Assembly (NCBI GenBank): GCA_965242925.1
Contig: CBDEUM010000030.1
Span: forward strand, 64,001-128,000
DNA length: 64,000 nt
Direction of reading: 5' to 3'
From: Roseibacillus sp.
GTDB lineage: Bacteria; Verrucomicrobiota; Verrucomicrobiia; Verrucomicrobiales; Akkermansiaceae
Shown: in pieces, positions 1-11,055 of the stretch
Layout of the letters: every line of letters begins with the position of its first letter
Numbering within the stretch: position 1 is the stretch's first letter
The notes under the pieces: model-generated
Database searches by the model: none
The model's input: the letters and a program-made list of their open reading frames with translations, nothing else
What the model was told of the DNA's origin: nothing
Position numbers and translations under genes: made by a program

Positions 1-1148
1 AGGCTGGCGGACTCCGCCTCTTCCACCGCCTCCTTGAGTTCCTGCTCGTCATCACCTGACTCCCCCTTCTCCTTGCTGATGGCCACTGCGATCCATCGGA
101 ACTCATAGCTATTCTCGAGAAAGACCTTCAACATCATCATGATGGGTACCGCCAGGAACATTCCAACCGGCCCCCAGACCCAGCCCCAGAACATCACGGA
201 CACAATGACAACCAGAGTCGAAAGCCCGAAGCGGTGCCCCATCATCATGGGTTCCACAAAATTTCCAAGGAAGGCGTTGATCGCAATGTAACCGACCCCC
301 ACCGCCACCGCGCTGGGCCATCCCATGAGGACCAGGGCCAGTATGGTGGGAGGGATTCCTGCCACGATCGACCCCATGACTGGAATGTAGTTGAGGGCCC
401 AGGCGAGAATCCCCCACAGGATGAAGAAATCCAGTCCTGCCGCCCAGCAGAGGAAGCCGGCAAGAAATCCAGTTGCCAGACTTACAATAGTCTTAATGCC
501 CAGAAAACGCTGAATATCTTTCCCGGCAAAGAGCATGCGCTCAAAATTGGGTCCGCGGGCCTCCGCAATCAAGCTGAGACGCCTCCCGAACATTCGAGCC
601 TCCATCAGCATGAAGACGGTGCAAAGGACCACAATGAAGGCCGCTCCAAGAAAGGCCGTGACGCGACCAACCACGTTGGTGCCGAGGTCGACGATATCCT
701 CTACCTTGATGTTGCTGAGCTGCTGGGTGAGATCCTCGGTTACGTAAGTACGCACGCTCTTCCTGGCTTCCTCCTCAGAGATATCAGACCACTTGACAAT
801 GGTATCGACCGCCCAGTCCTCCGCCTGCTTGAGTTTCTGGGTGCTCTGAACCTGGTACTTGCTTTCCCACTTTTCCTGCAGTTCACCGAAGAGGGCCACC
901 CCGATCAGAACGACGCCCGCAAGAAAGGCAAAATCTACCAGCACGGTGGTAATCACCGCAATGAAGCGCGGAATCTTATGACTCCTGAGCCAGGCCGTGA
1001 TGGGAAAACTGACTGTTGCGATAAACAGCGCCAGAAGGAAGGGCGCAAAGAAGCCGCCTGCCGCCTTCAATCCGGCGATCACGACCACCACGCTGGCCAG
1101 GATAAGCAAAGTGCGAATCCCCGCTTCAATTTCTCTTCGTCCAGTCAC
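1..1148 (-). CDS. AI-2E family transporter (partial, 3' end runs off the window)
   Basis: Absent from the ORF track because there is no stop in the window. Manual translation from the GTG at 1148 (in-frame TAG just upstream) gives a multi-TM protein with ...WALNYIPVMGSIVAGIPP...GNFVEPMMMGHRFGLSTLVVIVSVMFWGWVWGPVGMFLAVP, the typical AI-2E C-terminal signature. Confidence 0.88.
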   Translation of the reverse strand, partial: MTGRREIEAGIRTLLILASVVVVIAGLKAAGGFFAPFLLALFIATVSFPITAWLRSHKIPRFIAVITTVLVDFAFLAGVVLIGVALFGELQEKWESKYQVQSTQKLKQAEDWAVDTIVKWSDISEEEARKSVRTYVTEDLTQQLSNIKVEDIVDLGTNVVGRVTAFLGAAFIVVLCTVFMLMEARMFGRRLSLIAEARGPNFERMLFAGKDIQRFLGIKTIVSLATGFLAGFLCWAAGLDFFILWGILAWALNYIPVMGSIVAGIPPTILALVLMGWPSAVAVGVGYIAINAFLGNFVEPMMMGHRFGLSTLVVIVSVMFWGWVWGPVGMFLAVPIMMMLKVFLENSYEFRWIAVAISKEKGESGDDEQELKEAVEEAESAS

Positions 1149-1423
1149 GCAACCTGTCTACGGAGGAACCTACCCGACCCTCCGGGCCTACCTTAATCCA
1201 AGTTCGGCCCCACCTCAAAGAATTCATTTTGCCAAACCAACCTTTTCCAGGGGCCTCCCCGGGATCCCCCGGGGCATCAACCAGATCGCTGCAGCCATAA
1301 ATGAACCCATGCGGAATGAATCTCTCCCGAATGACCCGCCCAATCTCGGGAGCCAGTTTGGTCTCACTCCGGAGGCGAAAACTACCCGCCTTCCGCATCC
1401 AGCAGGCTGCAGGCAATTCCTGT

Positions 1424-1946
1424 TCACCCAAAGAGCTTCATGGCGAGCTGCATCGCCTTTCCGTGAGGCATGCTGGCAACCCTGTCCGACATTTTCGAGG
1501 CAAAGCTCACGAACTCCTCAAGAGACTGCATCTGATCATGAAAACGCACGCCCTCCCGCGCTCCTTATCCCCTTGCTTTCGGCAAGACAGTTCTGGAGCA
1601 GGTCGAGGGCAGGATCAATTTCACGTCGTTTCCGCTCCTGCACGATTCTCCGGAAGATCTCCCAGACATCCAATTCCGCCTCAAAGTATTCCTTGCGGTC
1701 ACCCTTTCGAGTCACAATGCGGATCAATCCCCAGTTTGCCAGGTCCTTGAGATTAGTGTGGGCGTTTCCCCGGCTGATGGCCAATTCCGCCATCACCTCA
1801 TCCGTGCTCATAGGCTCAGGGCTTGTCATCAGGAGAGCATGGATCTGCGCCATGGTCCGGTTAATACCCCACTGCGTGCCCATCACCCCCCACTGCTCCA
1901 CAAAGCGCTCGCGTGTGTCCCTGAGCTTTGCCTCCCCTTCTTTCAT
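1424..1946 (-). pseudogene. GbsR/MarR family transcriptional regulator with a single-base frameshift (likely sequencing error)
   Basis: ORF 1536-1946 has WGINRTMAQIHALL...ISRGNAHTNLKDLANWGLI...GDRKEYFEAE. Removing one base from the A4 run at 1541-1544 continues it as FHDQMQSLEEFVSFASKMSDRVASMPHGKAMQLAMKLFG* to 1424 (173 aa). Confidence 0.8.
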
Positions 1947-1949
1947 CTG

Positions 1950-1983
1950 TTTCAGAAATTATCGAAACTTCAGATTGGGTCAA
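1950..1983 (-). promoter_or_regulatory. Putative sigma70-type promoter with overlapping palindromic operator for the GbsR-like gene
   Basis: Minus strand TTGACC-N16-TAATTT. The imperfect palindrome TTTCGATAATTTCTGAAA (1950-1967) lies 3 nt upstream of the ATG. Confidence 0.5.
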
Positions 1984-2077
1984 GACCAATGGGATCAAAG
2001 CATCAGCCCACCCACCCGGCAACCGATCCTGATCCCCCGGCTAACCCCGACAAAGGCATCGCCCGAGGCGCACCGGA

Positions 2078-3109
2078 TCAACCTTCGCCCGGAGGATCAT
2101 CCCTGCCTGCAGGATTCCGACCTTGAGCGGACTTGAAAGCGGTTTCTCCTCCAACGGTGAGACGGCCCGTCCCCCCGCCCGGTCTCTTCACAAATAGTTC
2201 CAGCACAACGATCAGGAGGGCACCCGCCAACATCAATCCGATCGCGATCCAGGTCGATCCCGTTCCCAGGTCCGGCAGGTGCCAGTTTTCAAATCCGATA
2301 ATTTTCTCCTTCACCTCCCCGTCGCGAACAAACTCCTCCATGAGGGTGTCCTTCCAGGGCCAGATGATGGCGAGCGACCCCGCCACAAATCCGGTGATAA
2401 GCGCCATCACATTGTCGTGCCAGGTGTGGAAAAGCCAGCTCAGCACCCTCGCGAGCGCCACCAGGCCCACTAACGCGCCTATCCCAAAGGGCACGAGGAT
2501 CCTGAGTCCGGCCCCGATCTCCCCACTGGTGAGATCGTTGACCGCGTCAATCATGATGAGCTTGTAGGTTCCCATCAGGAGCAGAACGAACGATCCGCTC
2601 AAACCCGGGATGATCATGCTGCACATCGCCACCACGCCGCAGAGCAGGAGATAGAACATGTTGCTGCTCCCTGAAACCGGGGTCATGAAGGCCATGGAAA
2701 GCGCAATTCCAGTTCCCAGTAGAATGGCGATGGCCGAACCGGCACCCCAGTGTTTGACCAGCTTGCCCACCGCGGGAAGGGAAGCGGCAATCAGTCCGAA
2801 GAAAAAAGCCCACACCATGACCGGATGGCTCTCAAAGCCCCACTCAAGGATCCGCGCCATGGTGACGATGCTCACCGCCACACCGACCCCGAGGGCTCCC
2901 AGAAAGCGCCCGTCCACACGCTTCCATGCCTCCCTCCCCCTGAACCTGAACAGGAGGTGGGCAGTGGTCGCGTCGAACTTCTTGATTGCCTCAATGAGTC
3001 GCTCGAAAATCCCGGTGATGAAGGCGATTGTCCCGCCGGATACTCCGGGAATCACATTGGCGGCTCCCATCGCGAACCCTTTCAGGAATCGGAAAATGTC
3101 ATCCATCAT
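2078..3109 (-). CDS. DUF368 family membrane protein (putative undecaprenyl-phosphate translocase)
   Basis: GFAMGAANVIPGVSGGTIAFITGI and AMCSMIIPGLSGSFVLLLMG motifs; many TM segments. Confidence 0.88.
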   Translation of the reverse strand: MMDDIFRFLKGFAMGAANVIPGVSGGTIAFITGIFERLIEAIKKFDATTAHLLFRFRGREAWKRVDGRFLGALGVGVAVSIVTMARILEWGFESHPVMVWAFFFGLIAASLPAVGKLVKHWGAGSAIAILLGTGIALSMAFMTPVSGSSNMFYLLLCGVVAMCSMIIPGLSGSFVLLLMGTYKLIMIDAVNDLTSGEIGAGLRILVPFGIGALVGLVALARVLSWLFHTWHDNVMALITGFVAGSLAIIWPWKDTLMEEFVRDGEVKEKIIGFENWHLPDLGTGSTWIAIGLMLAGALLIVVLELFVKRPGGGTGRLTVGGETAFKSAQGRNPAGRDDPPGEG

Positions 3110-3171
3110 TTCGGTCTCTCATCTCTCACGCATTGGCAAACACGAATGACACCAGCCTGATCGGCGTCCTT

Positions 3172-4737
3172 CTACAGCTCCAGCAGCAAGCTGGCGGGAC
3201 TCTCCAGACAGTCCTTGATCCCGATCAGGAACGTCACAGCCTCCTTCCCATCCACCAGACGATGATCATAGCTGAGGGCGAGGTACATCATGGGCCGCAC
3301 CTCAACCTTCCCGTCAATTGCCACGGGACGTTCCTGGATGGTGTGCATGCCTAGAATGCCACTCTGGGGCGGATTGAGGATGGGCGTGCTCAGGAGGGAT
3401 CCATAAATCCCTCCATTGGAGATGGTGAAAACGCCTCCCTGCAAATCTTCCAACTGGATCTTCCCCTCCCGGGCCCGCTCGGAATAGCTGAGGATGTCCT
3501 TTTCGATCTCCGGGCAACCCTTCTTGTCAGCATCGCGCACCACCGGCACCACAAGGCCCTTCTCGGTCCCCACCGCGATCCCGATATCGTAGAAGTGGTT
3601 TTCGATGATCTCGTCCCCGTCAATGCGTCCATTGAGGGACGGCACCTCCCGCAGGGCGTGCACTACCGCCTTCACAAAAAGGGACATGAATCCCAGCTTT
3701 GTCCCATACTTCTCCGTGAAGCTCTCCTGTACGGTCTTGCGTAACTCGATCACCGCAGACATGTCGACCTCGTTGAAAGTCGTCAGAATGGCAGCCGTCT
3801 GCTGGGCATTGACGAGCTGAGCCGCGATTTTCCGTCGCAGGGGACTGAGCCGGCGACGGGTGATTCGTCCATCCGAGAACGGTTTGAATTCTTCCCGCGT
3901 GAGAGGCTCAGGGATCCGGTTGAAATCCGGCTTGAGCCGGGAGGGCGTCTCCTCCCCAAGCGGTGAAGTAGAGCGCAGGGCCGCAGCCGCAGAAGAGGCG
4001 GAATCTGACGCTGCCACGGGAAAGTCCGTTTCTACCGGCGCCGGAGGAACCGTATCCGGTGGGATCGCCAATTCCTCTTCCTGCGCCTCGGGAGCGGAAG
4101 CTACGCCCTCCGTCGCAGGCACGGCACCAACCGTCAGGGTTCCGATAACGGCCCCGATGGACACCTCCATCCCCTCCGGCGAAAGAATGTTGAGCACGCC
4201 GTCAGCCTCCGCATCAAGCTCCGCGGAGACCTTGTCGGTTTCGAGGGTAACCAGAGTCTCTCCTTCCCGGACCCCTTCCCCGTCGCGTTTGTGCCATTGC
4301 GCAATGGTAGCCGAGGCGATCGATTCACCCGCGGCAGGAACCTTTATGACAATGATCTCGGGCTCGTCATCAAGGGTCGTGAATCCGAAGGGCACCTCTG
4401 TATCCCCGGCCCCGACCGATCCGGCAGCGGCTTCCTCCGGCTCAGACACCTCTTCTCCTGCCGGTTCCGGGGCAACTGGAGCATCTACAGAGCTCATCTC
4501 CGCTCCTTCTGCAATCTCTGCAATGACCGTCCCAATCGGGACCTCCTCGCCTTCAGACACTACAATCCTGATGGTCCCCGCAGCCTCCGACTCCAACTCA
4601 GTGGACACCTTGTCGGTCTCGATGGTGGCCAGCAACTCCCCCTTGACGATCGTTTCGCCGTCGGCCTTGTGCCATTGCCCGATAGTTGCCGAGTTGATGG
4701 ACTCGCCGGCAGCGGGAATCTTGACTTCGTGCGCCAT
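3172..4737 (-). CDS. sucB: 2-oxoglutarate dehydrogenase E2, dihydrolipoyllysine succinyltransferase
   Basis: Start moved to the ATG at 4737 ([13 protein letters not shown]). Two lipoyl ETDKV motifs, catalytic [10 protein letters not shown], adjacent to sucA. Confidence 0.93.
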   Translation of the reverse strand: MAHEVKIPAAGESINSATIGQWHKADGETIVKGELLATIETDKVSTELESEAAGTIRIVVSEGEEVPIGTVIAEIAEGAEMSSVDAPVAPEPAGEEVSEPEEAAAGSVGAGDTEVPFGFTTLDDEPEIIVIKVPAAGESIASATIAQWHKRDGEGVREGETLVTLETDKVSAELDAEADGVLNILSPEGMEVSIGAVIGTLTVGAVPATEGVASAPEAQEEELAIPPDTVPPAPVETDFPVAASDSASSAAAALRSTSPLGEETPSRLKPDFNRIPEPLTREEFKPFSDGRITRRRLSPLRRKIAAQLVNAQQTAAILTTFNEVDMSAVIELRKTVQESFTEKYGTKLGFMSLFVKAVVHALREVPSLNGRIDGDEIIENHFYDIGIAVGTEKGLVVPVVRDADKKGCPEIEKDILSYSERAREGKIQLEDLQGGVFTISNGGIYGSLLSTPILNPPQSGILGMHTIQERPVAIDGKVEVRPMMYLALSYDHRLVDGKEAVTFLIGIKDCLESPASLLLEL

Positions 4738-4769
4738 GATTGGAGTGATCGGTAGCGGTGAGGTGTTTT

Positions 4770-7580
4770 TTAGACGGAGAAGGCCTTCTCCACGAGCTTC
4801 TTCTGTTCCCGCAGGTGCATTGCCTTGGAACCTGCCGCCGGACTCGAGGCGCTGTTGCGGCCCGCATAGCGCACGTGGTGCGACCCCACACACCTTTCGA
4901 GGCGCGGCCAGATATAGGACCAGGCCCCCATGTTGAGAGGCTCCTCCTGGCACCAGACATATTTGGCGGCGTTCCCGAAGACCCCGATCGTCTCTTCAAC
5001 CAGTTCGCCGTGAAACGGATAGAGTTGCTCGACGCGAATGAGGGCGGCATTGCCAATCGCCTGTTCTTGGCGGTACTGCAACAGATCGTAGTAGATTTTT
5101 CCCGAGCAGAAAATAACGCGTTCGATGTCATCGAGCATCGGTTCCTTGATCTGAAAATCTGGCAGCACCTCCCGAAAGGATTCCCCCTCGAGGAACTCCT
5201 CCTCCCGGGAGACTGCCTCGGGCCGGGTGAGAAGACTCTTCGGAGTCATCAGCACCAGCGGCTTGAGGAACCCGCGATGCTTCTGGCGCCGCAGGACGTG
5301 GAAATACTGCGCGGGGGTAGTCGGGTTGGCCACCGTCATGTTTTTCTCCGCACAAAGCTGCAGAAATCGTTCCAGTCGCGCACTGCTGTGCTCCGGCCCC
5401 ATCCCCTCGTAACCATGCGGCAGGAGCATCACCACGCTGCTGGGCGTCTGCCACTTGGATTCCGCGGAAGAGATGAACTGATCGATGACCACCTGCGCCC
5501 CGTTGACAAAGTCTCCAAACTGGGCTTCCCACATGATGAGCATCTGGGGACACCCCAGTGAATACCCGTAGTCGAACCCAAGAACCGCAGCCTCGGAAAG
5601 CAGGCTGTTGTACACACAGAACGTGGCCTGTTCCGGATCGATGTGGTGGAGCGGAATATGACGTTGCCGGCTCTCGTAATCGTAAAACACGGCATGGCGC
5701 TGGCTGAAGGTTCCGCGCCTGCAATCCTGCCCGGAGAGCCGCACGGGGTAGCCTTCCTTCAGGAGCGCTCCCCAAGCCAGCGATTCCGAGAATGCCCAGT
5801 CAAACGGTCCTCCGTTCTTGAGGGCCTCCACCCGCCGCGGCATGAATCGCTTGACCAGCGTCGGGTGCAGTTTGAAGCCCTCTGGCACCGTGGTGAGAAC
5901 CTTCCCCACGTGCTGCAGCACTTCTCTCGATACGCCGGTGAAGACCGGATCGTGATTGAAGACCTCCTGAGGCTCAGCGGTCGATCCACTGAAGATGCTC
6001 CGATCTCCTTCCTCCTCCAGACGCTTCATCTCGGCGTACTCGGCCTCGAAACGATCCCAGATCTCGTCATGCTTCGCCTGAACTTCATCCTGACTCATCA
6101 CCCCGCTCTTCACCAGTTGGTTCCCGTAAAGCTGGCCGATCGGCTCGCGCTCGGCGATCTGCCGGTAAATACGGGGCTGGGTGAAGGCGGCCTGGTCGTT
6201 TTCATTATGGCCCTGGCGGCGATAGCAGTACATGTCGATCACCACATCGCGCCCGAATCGCTGCCGGAAGGCGAAGGCTAATTCCGCTGCCCAGATCAAT
6301 TCCATGGGTCGCTCGCCGTTCACATGCAGGATAGGCGCCTCTATCATCTTGGCCACATCAGTGGCGTAGGATGATGAACGGGCATCAGACGGCATCGTGG
6401 TAAACCCGATCTGATTATTGATGATCACGTGGATGGTCCCTCCCGTCCGGTAACCTGGCAACTGAGAGAGGTTGAGAACTTCCGCCACCGAACCTTGTCC
6501 GGCAAAAGCCGCATCACCGTGAATGAGGAGCGGCAGAACCTGCTTGCGGTCAGTCTTCACCCCATCGTCACCGAGAATGCGCTGACGAGCGCGGGCCTTT
6601 CCCTCCACTACCGCGTTGACCGCCTCAAGATGACTGGGATTAGCCGCAAGGCTGACCCTTACTTCACCATCAGCAAACTTCCGCACGCTTTCGTAGCCGA
6701 GGTGGTATTTCACATCTCCATCGCCGGCCACCAGATCGGGAACATAATTGGGAGTGAATTCGTAGAGAATGGTGCGAAGCGACTTGCGCACAATCTGAGC
6801 GAGAACATTGAGACGTCCGCGATGCGCCATCCCCATCGGGACCTCCTTGACCCCTGCCCCTGGCGAAAGTTCTATGATCCGGTTCAGGATGGCCATGACT
6901 CCCTCTCCGCCCTCCAGTGAAAAACGCTTTTCTCCGAGAAATTTCTTGCCGAGGAAGGACTCGAAGAGCTCGGCCTCCAGAAGCCAGCCCAGGGTCTTCT
7001 CCTGCAACTCCTGAGGCGCCTCGTCATGCATCACCCGTCCCTCAATTCGCTCGCGCATCCAATTCCGCACCTCGGTGTTGTGGATGTGCATGAATTCGAA
7101 TCCTATCCAGCCGGAATAGGTCTCATCGAGAGCTTCCACCATCTCTTTCAACTGCATCTTCTCGCCGTTGCGGAAAAACTGGGTGGATGCCTCACGCTCG
7201 ATATCGCCGTCATTGAGGCCGAACTTCAGGAGTTCCAGCCGGGGATTGCGCGGGGGGGACTTATCAAGCGGGTTGATGCGCGCCTGCGTGTGACCCAGCG
7301 TACGGTAATTATACACCAGACTGACCACCCCGCCTCGGAAGGCCCGTTGCTTGGCGGCAAGTTCTGCGCCGGGTGATCCGGGGGTGGATACCACTTCAGG
7401 GGGATTCCCGGTCCCCTTGCCCTCCACCTCTCCCAGTTCCCTTAGTTGGGCGGCGCCCAGTGTGAAGCCCTCGAAAAATGCCGACCAGGCGGGATCAACA
7501 CTGGTGGGATCCTCAAGCCAGCGCTCGTAATTCGCCTCGAGCAAATCAGCACTCATGCGTGCGGAAACGGAAGAATTCAT
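4770..7580 (-). CDS. sucA: 2-oxoglutarate dehydrogenase E1
   Basis: [43 protein letters not shown] and [16 protein letters not shown] motifs. Confidence 0.97.
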   Translation of the reverse strand: MNSSVSARMSADLLEANYERWLEDPTSVDPAWSAFFEGFTLGAAQLRELGEVEGKGTGNPPEVVSTPGSPGAELAAKQRAFRGGVVSLVYNYRTLGHTQARINPLDKSPPRNPRLELLKFGLNDGDIEREASTQFFRNGEKMQLKEMVEALDETYSGWIGFEFMHIHNTEVRNWMRERIEGRVMHDEAPQELQEKTLGWLLEAELFESFLGKKFLGEKRFSLEGGEGVMAILNRIIELSPGAGVKEVPMGMAHRGRLNVLAQIVRKSLRTILYEFTPNYVPDLVAGDGDVKYHLGYESVRKFADGEVRVSLAANPSHLEAVNAVVEGKARARQRILGDDGVKTDRKQVLPLLIHGDAAFAGQGSVAEVLNLSQLPGYRTGGTIHVIINNQIGFTTMPSDARSSSYATDVAKMIEAPILHVNGERPMELIWAAELAFAFRQRFGRDVVIDMYCYRRQGHNENDQAAFTQPRIYRQIAEREPIGQLYGNQLVKSGVMSQDEVQAKHDEIWDRFEAEYAEMKRLEEEGDRSIFSGSTAEPQEVFNHDPVFTGVSREVLQHVGKVLTTVPEGFKLHPTLVKRFMPRRVEALKNGGPFDWAFSESLAWGALLKEGYPVRLSGQDCRRGTFSQRHAVFYDYESRQRHIPLHHIDPEQATFCVYNSLLSEAAVLGFDYGYSLGCPQMLIMWEAQFGDFVNGAQVVIDQFISSAESKWQTPSSVVMLLPHGYEGMGPEHSSARLERFLQLCAEKNMTVANPTTPAQYFHVLRRQKHRGFLKPLVLMTPKSLLTRPEAVSREEEFLEGESFREVLPDFQIKEPMLDDIERVIFCSGKIYYDLLQYRQEQAIGNAALIRVEQLYPFHGELVEETIGVFGNAAKYVWCQEEPLNMGAWSYIWPRLERCVGSHHVRYAGRNSASSPAAGSKAMHLREQKKLVEKAFSV

Positions 7581-7717
7581 TTGGCACAGACAGGCAGCAA
7601 TCGCGGAGGCACGAACGGGGTTTTCTTCCTTGGTGCCGGCAGCAATTCTCTTTAGTTAAGGGCACCTACTGAGAGAGTCAATCGCCCATGCGGTCCGGTT
7701 CTCGCCCCCCATGCAAA

Positions 7718-8650
7718 ATGATCAAGGTTGACAACCTCACCAAGCGTTTTGGCCGCCACCTGGCGGTGGCCGGAGCCACCTTCGAAGTGGAGCAGGGCGA
7801 AGTGGTCGGTTTCCTCGGACCGAACGGAGCTGGCAAAACCACCACCATCCGGATGCTCACCGGTTTCCTCCCGCCCACCAGCGGGTCCGCCGCCATCGAC
7901 AGCCTGGACGTGGGCCGCCACTCCGTGGAAGCCCGGCGCCAAATTGGCTACCTTCCGGAATCCGTTCCCCTTTATCGGGACATGCGGGTTCGTGAATATC
8001 TGCAGTTCCGCGGTCAGATTAAGGGACTTAAGGGCAAAATCCTCAAAGTCCGCATGGATGAGGTGCTTGAACGCTGCGGACTCCGGGAGGTCCGTCGCAA
8101 GATGATCAAGACTCTCTCCAAGGGCTTCCGCCAACGCGTGGGCCTGGCCGACGCGCTCATCCACGATCCTCCCCTCCTCATCCTGGACGAGCCTACCAAT
8201 GGATTGGATCCGAACCAGATCCGCTCCATTCGTCATCTTATCAAACAACTCGGCAAGTCCCATACCATCCTTCTCTCCACCCATATCCTCACCGAGGTAG
8301 AAATGATCTGTGACAAGATCGTGATCATCAACGGGGGGAAGATTCTGGCTTCCGACACCCCATCCAACCTGGTTTCCACCATGCGGGCGGCCGGTCGCAT
8401 TTCCATCGAGGTGAAGGCCGACCCGGAGAAGGCCCGGGAAAGGATGACCTCCCTCGACCACGTCAGGAAAGTGATCTACGAGCGCAGCCGGGACGACTGG
8501 GAAGAGTTCTCCCTCCTGGTGGAATCCGGAACCGATACCCGCGAACGCCTCGCCAGACTGGCCCGGGACGAGGACTGGCCACTTCGCAGCCTCCATCGGC
8601 ATGACGCCACCCTGGAGGATGTATTCGTCGAACTGACGCGCAAGGATTGA
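7718..8650 (+). CDS. ABC transporter ATP-binding protein (GldA-like)
   Basis: Walker A GPNGAGKTT, signature LSKGFRQR, Walker B LILDEPT; start moved to MIKVDNL. Confidence 0.92.
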   Translation: MIKVDNLTKRFGRHLAVAGATFEVEQGEVVGFLGPNGAGKTTTIRMLTGFLPPTSGSAAIDSLDVGRHSVEARRQIGYLPESVPLYRDMRVREYLQFRGQIKGLKGKILKVRMDEVLERCGLREVRRKMIKTLSKGFRQRVGLADALIHDPPLLILDEPTNGLDPNQIRSIRHLIKQLGKSHTILLSTHILTEVEMICDKIVIINGGKILASDTPSNLVSTMRAAGRISIEVKADPEKARERMTSLDHVRKVIYERSRDDWEEFSLLVESGTDTRERLARLARDEDWPLRSLHRHDATLEDVFVELTRKD

Positions 8651-8651
8651 C

Positions 8652-9404
8652 ATGACAAACCTCCTTATCCTCCTCCGCAAGGAGTTGCGCGGCTTCTTCC
8701 TGAGTCCCTTCGGCTGGATCGTTCTCACCTTTGTGACGGTAATGCAGGGCTGGTCCATGTCCGGCGCAATGAAAGCGCTGCAGGATGCTCCGATCCCGGA
8801 AAGCCTGGTCTACATTGTCTTCCACATGCCCCAGTTCTGGTTCTACTTTCTTGTCATTTTTCCGCTCATCACCATGCGACTCTTTGCGGAGGAAGAACGG
8901 GTGGGCACCCTGGAAACCCTCCTCACCGCCCCGATCCAGACCTGGCAACTCGTTCTAGGCAAGTATCTAGCGACACTGTGCTTTTACCTCATCCTCTGGA
9001 TTCCCGCCTTCATTCAGTTCCAGGTGTTCAGCATTCTCACCGATGTGCCTCCACCCTTCAGCACCGGATCGCTGCTGGGAGCCTTTTCCCTGATCTTCCT
9101 GATGGGCAGCCTCTTCATCGCGATTGGCAGCTTCGCCTCATCTCTCACCTCCAGCCAGATCATTGCAGGAGTAGTCACAGTGGGCCTCCTCTTCATTCAT
9201 TACTTCCTCGGTTATATCACCGTCATCTACGGCGACCGGTTCCCTGCCGCGTCGCTCTTTCATTACATTTCTTCCAGCGAACATCTCCGCTACTTCTCCA
9301 AGGGCCTGATCGATAGCCGCGCCATCGTCTACTACCTCACCGCCGCGATCTTCTTCCTCTTCCTCACTCATCATGTTCTCAATCATCGTCGATGGAGAAG
9401 CTAG
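8652..9404 (+). CDS. ABC-2 type permease (GldF-like)
   Basis: RKELRGFFLSP...ITMRLFAEEERVGTLETLLTAP...GKYLA; about 6 TM segments; starts 1 nt after the ATPase. Confidence 0.9.
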   Translation: MTNLLILLRKELRGFFLSPFGWIVLTFVTVMQGWSMSGAMKALQDAPIPESLVYIVFHMPQFWFYFLVIFPLITMRLFAEEERVGTLETLLTAPIQTWQLVLGKYLATLCFYLILWIPAFIQFQVFSILTDVPPPFSTGSLLGAFSLIFLMGSLFIAIGSFASSLTSSQIIAGVVTVGLLFIHYFLGYITVIYGDRFPAASLFHYISSSEHLRYFSKGLIDSRAIVYYLTAAIFFLFLTHHVLNHRRWRS

Positions 9405-9418
9405 TCCCGGACCCTGCC

Positions 9419-10975
9419 ATGGTTGAAGAAATGCGAGACAACCAGGGGCCCCGACACGGGCAGGCGGACAAGTCGACAGGCAGGAACTCTGCCAGCGGCA
9501 TCATGGCCGTCCAGCTCCTCTTTGCCATCATCCTGTTGTTCTCGCTCAACTATCTCTCCGGCAGCCATCATACAGCCTGGGATCTGAGCCAGAATAATGA
9601 GTTCAGCCTTTCGAACCAGACGCAAAAACTCCTGACCTCCGATCTGCTCGATGCCCGGACCCGTCCCGTCCGCCTCATCGCCGCGGTGCGAAGGAACTCC
9701 GCTCACTATTCCCGCCTCCACGCCATGCTGGAGGAGTATAAGCGCCTGGCCCGTGGCGCACTCACCATCGAATTTGTGGATTACGTCCGGGACAGCGATA
9801 CCGCCCTCGAAATCGCCGACCAATACGGCACCACCTTTGTAGAGGACGTGATCATTATCGACGCCGTCCCCTCCCTTTCGCTTGCCCCTCCTGATGATCC
9901 ACAGGCAAAATCCCATGCCCAAAAAACAGCGACCCTGCGCCGGACCCATATCCGATACGTGGCGGTAGAGGACATGCTTGTCTTCGCCAGTGACAAGAGA
10001 CAGAACCGCCGCCTGATCGGCTACCAGGACGAGGATCAGCTGACCGCCGCTATTCGTCGTGCCATCGAGGGTAATCCCCGCCGGTTTTACTTTCTGGCTG
10101 ACAAGAGCCAGATCGCCGGCCCGGAAGAGGACGCCCCTTGGACCTTTCTCACCCGCACCTTTGACAGCCTCAACATCAAGCTCATTCCCAGGCGAATCTC
10201 AGACCTGGAAAAAATTCCCGATGATGCGGCCGGCGTCGCCCTGATCGCACCACGCTTCGACCTCAATGCTAGGGAAATGGCGATCTTCCGCGAATACTGG
10301 GACCGCCCCCGCGCTGCCGTCTTCGTAGTTCTTGATCCCACCCGGAAACAGCAACCCCCGAACCTCCGCGCCTTTTTGAGGGAACACGGCGTCACTCCCC
10401 GTGAAGTACGCCTCTCCACCACACAGGGAACCCCGCAGACCTTCGACGTGGCAGCCACTTTCACCAACGCGACCGCGGTAGGCGACCTTCGCAATGCCTC
10501 CACCTTGTTCGAGGGCGCAAGTGCCGCTCTCGACATACGGGAGAACGCCGAGGACCTCGAACTGAGGCAGATCAATCCTCTGGCTCTCATTACCGCCAAC
10601 AAGAGCGTCCGTGCCCGACCACTTGACGGATCCCCTCCCATCCCCGGACCCCATTATCTCGCCGCCTCCATCTCCCGCGGCAACGAGCGCAACGACACCA
10701 CGGCTAAAGCCACCTCACGCATGATCGTGGTGTCAAATTCTGATTTCCTACAACCGCGCTCGCGCCACAGGGAGCACATCGATTTCCTTCGAAATACGAG
10801 CAACTGGCTCATTGGCCGGGAAGAACTGATCGGCATCGGCCCCAGGCCAGTCCAATACTACAAGCTGCTCCTTCCTTCCCGGAAGGTCTCATTCGTCAAC
10901 AAGCTCAACCTCTTCTTCATTCCCGGCGCCTTTATCCTGGCGGCCCTCTTCATCTGGAATACCCGACGGGTCTGA
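9419..10975 (+). CDS. GldG-family ABC auxiliary component
   Basis: N-terminal TM followed by WDLSQNNEFSLSNQT; C-terminal FLRNTSNWLIGREELIGIGPR plus TM; operon position. Start uncertain (9392/9419/9431). Confidence 0.8.
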   Translation: MVEEMRDNQGPRHGQADKSTGRNSASGIMAVQLLFAIILLFSLNYLSGSHHTAWDLSQNNEFSLSNQTQKLLTSDLLDARTRPVRLIAAVRRNSAHYSRLHAMLEEYKRLARGALTIEFVDYVRDSDTALEIADQYGTTFVEDVIIIDAVPSLSLAPPDDPQAKSHAQKTATLRRTHIRYVAVEDMLVFASDKRQNRRLIGYQDEDQLTAAIRRAIEGNPRRFYFLADKSQIAGPEEDAPWTFLTRTFDSLNIKLIPRRISDLEKIPDDAAGVALIAPRFDLNAREMAIFREYWDRPRAAVFVVLDPTRKQQPPNLRAFLREHGVTPREVRLSTTQGTPQTFDVAATFTNATAVGDLRNASTLFEGASAALDIRENAEDLELRQINPLALITANKSVRARPLDGSPPIPGPHYLAASISRGNERNDTTAKATSRMIVVSNSDFLQPRSRHREHIDFLRNTSNWLIGREELIGIGPRPVQYYKLLLPSRKVSFVNKLNLFFIPGAFILAALFIWNTRRV

Positions 10976-11055
10976 CCGCGGCCAGGTAACCGATCGCATG
11001 CTTTCCCAGAACGAGTTCCCCGAATAACCTCTCCGGACTCCTTTCCTCTCGCCCC

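Noticed and set aside
234..1196. 320-aa + strand ORF
   Set aside because: Antisense shadow of the AI-2E transporter on the - strand.
1257..1274. CCCCGGG-ATCC-CCCGGGG hairpin
   Set aside because: Single short GC stem with no U-tract and no other copies seen; could be chance.
997..2136. 379-aa + strand ORF and the nested 1126-1431 ORF
   Set aside because: They overlap real - strand genes and have no recognisable motifs.
4738..4953. 72-aa N-terminal extension of SucB in the ORF track
   Set aside because: It overlaps sucA, and the lipoyl domain begins at the ATG at 4737.
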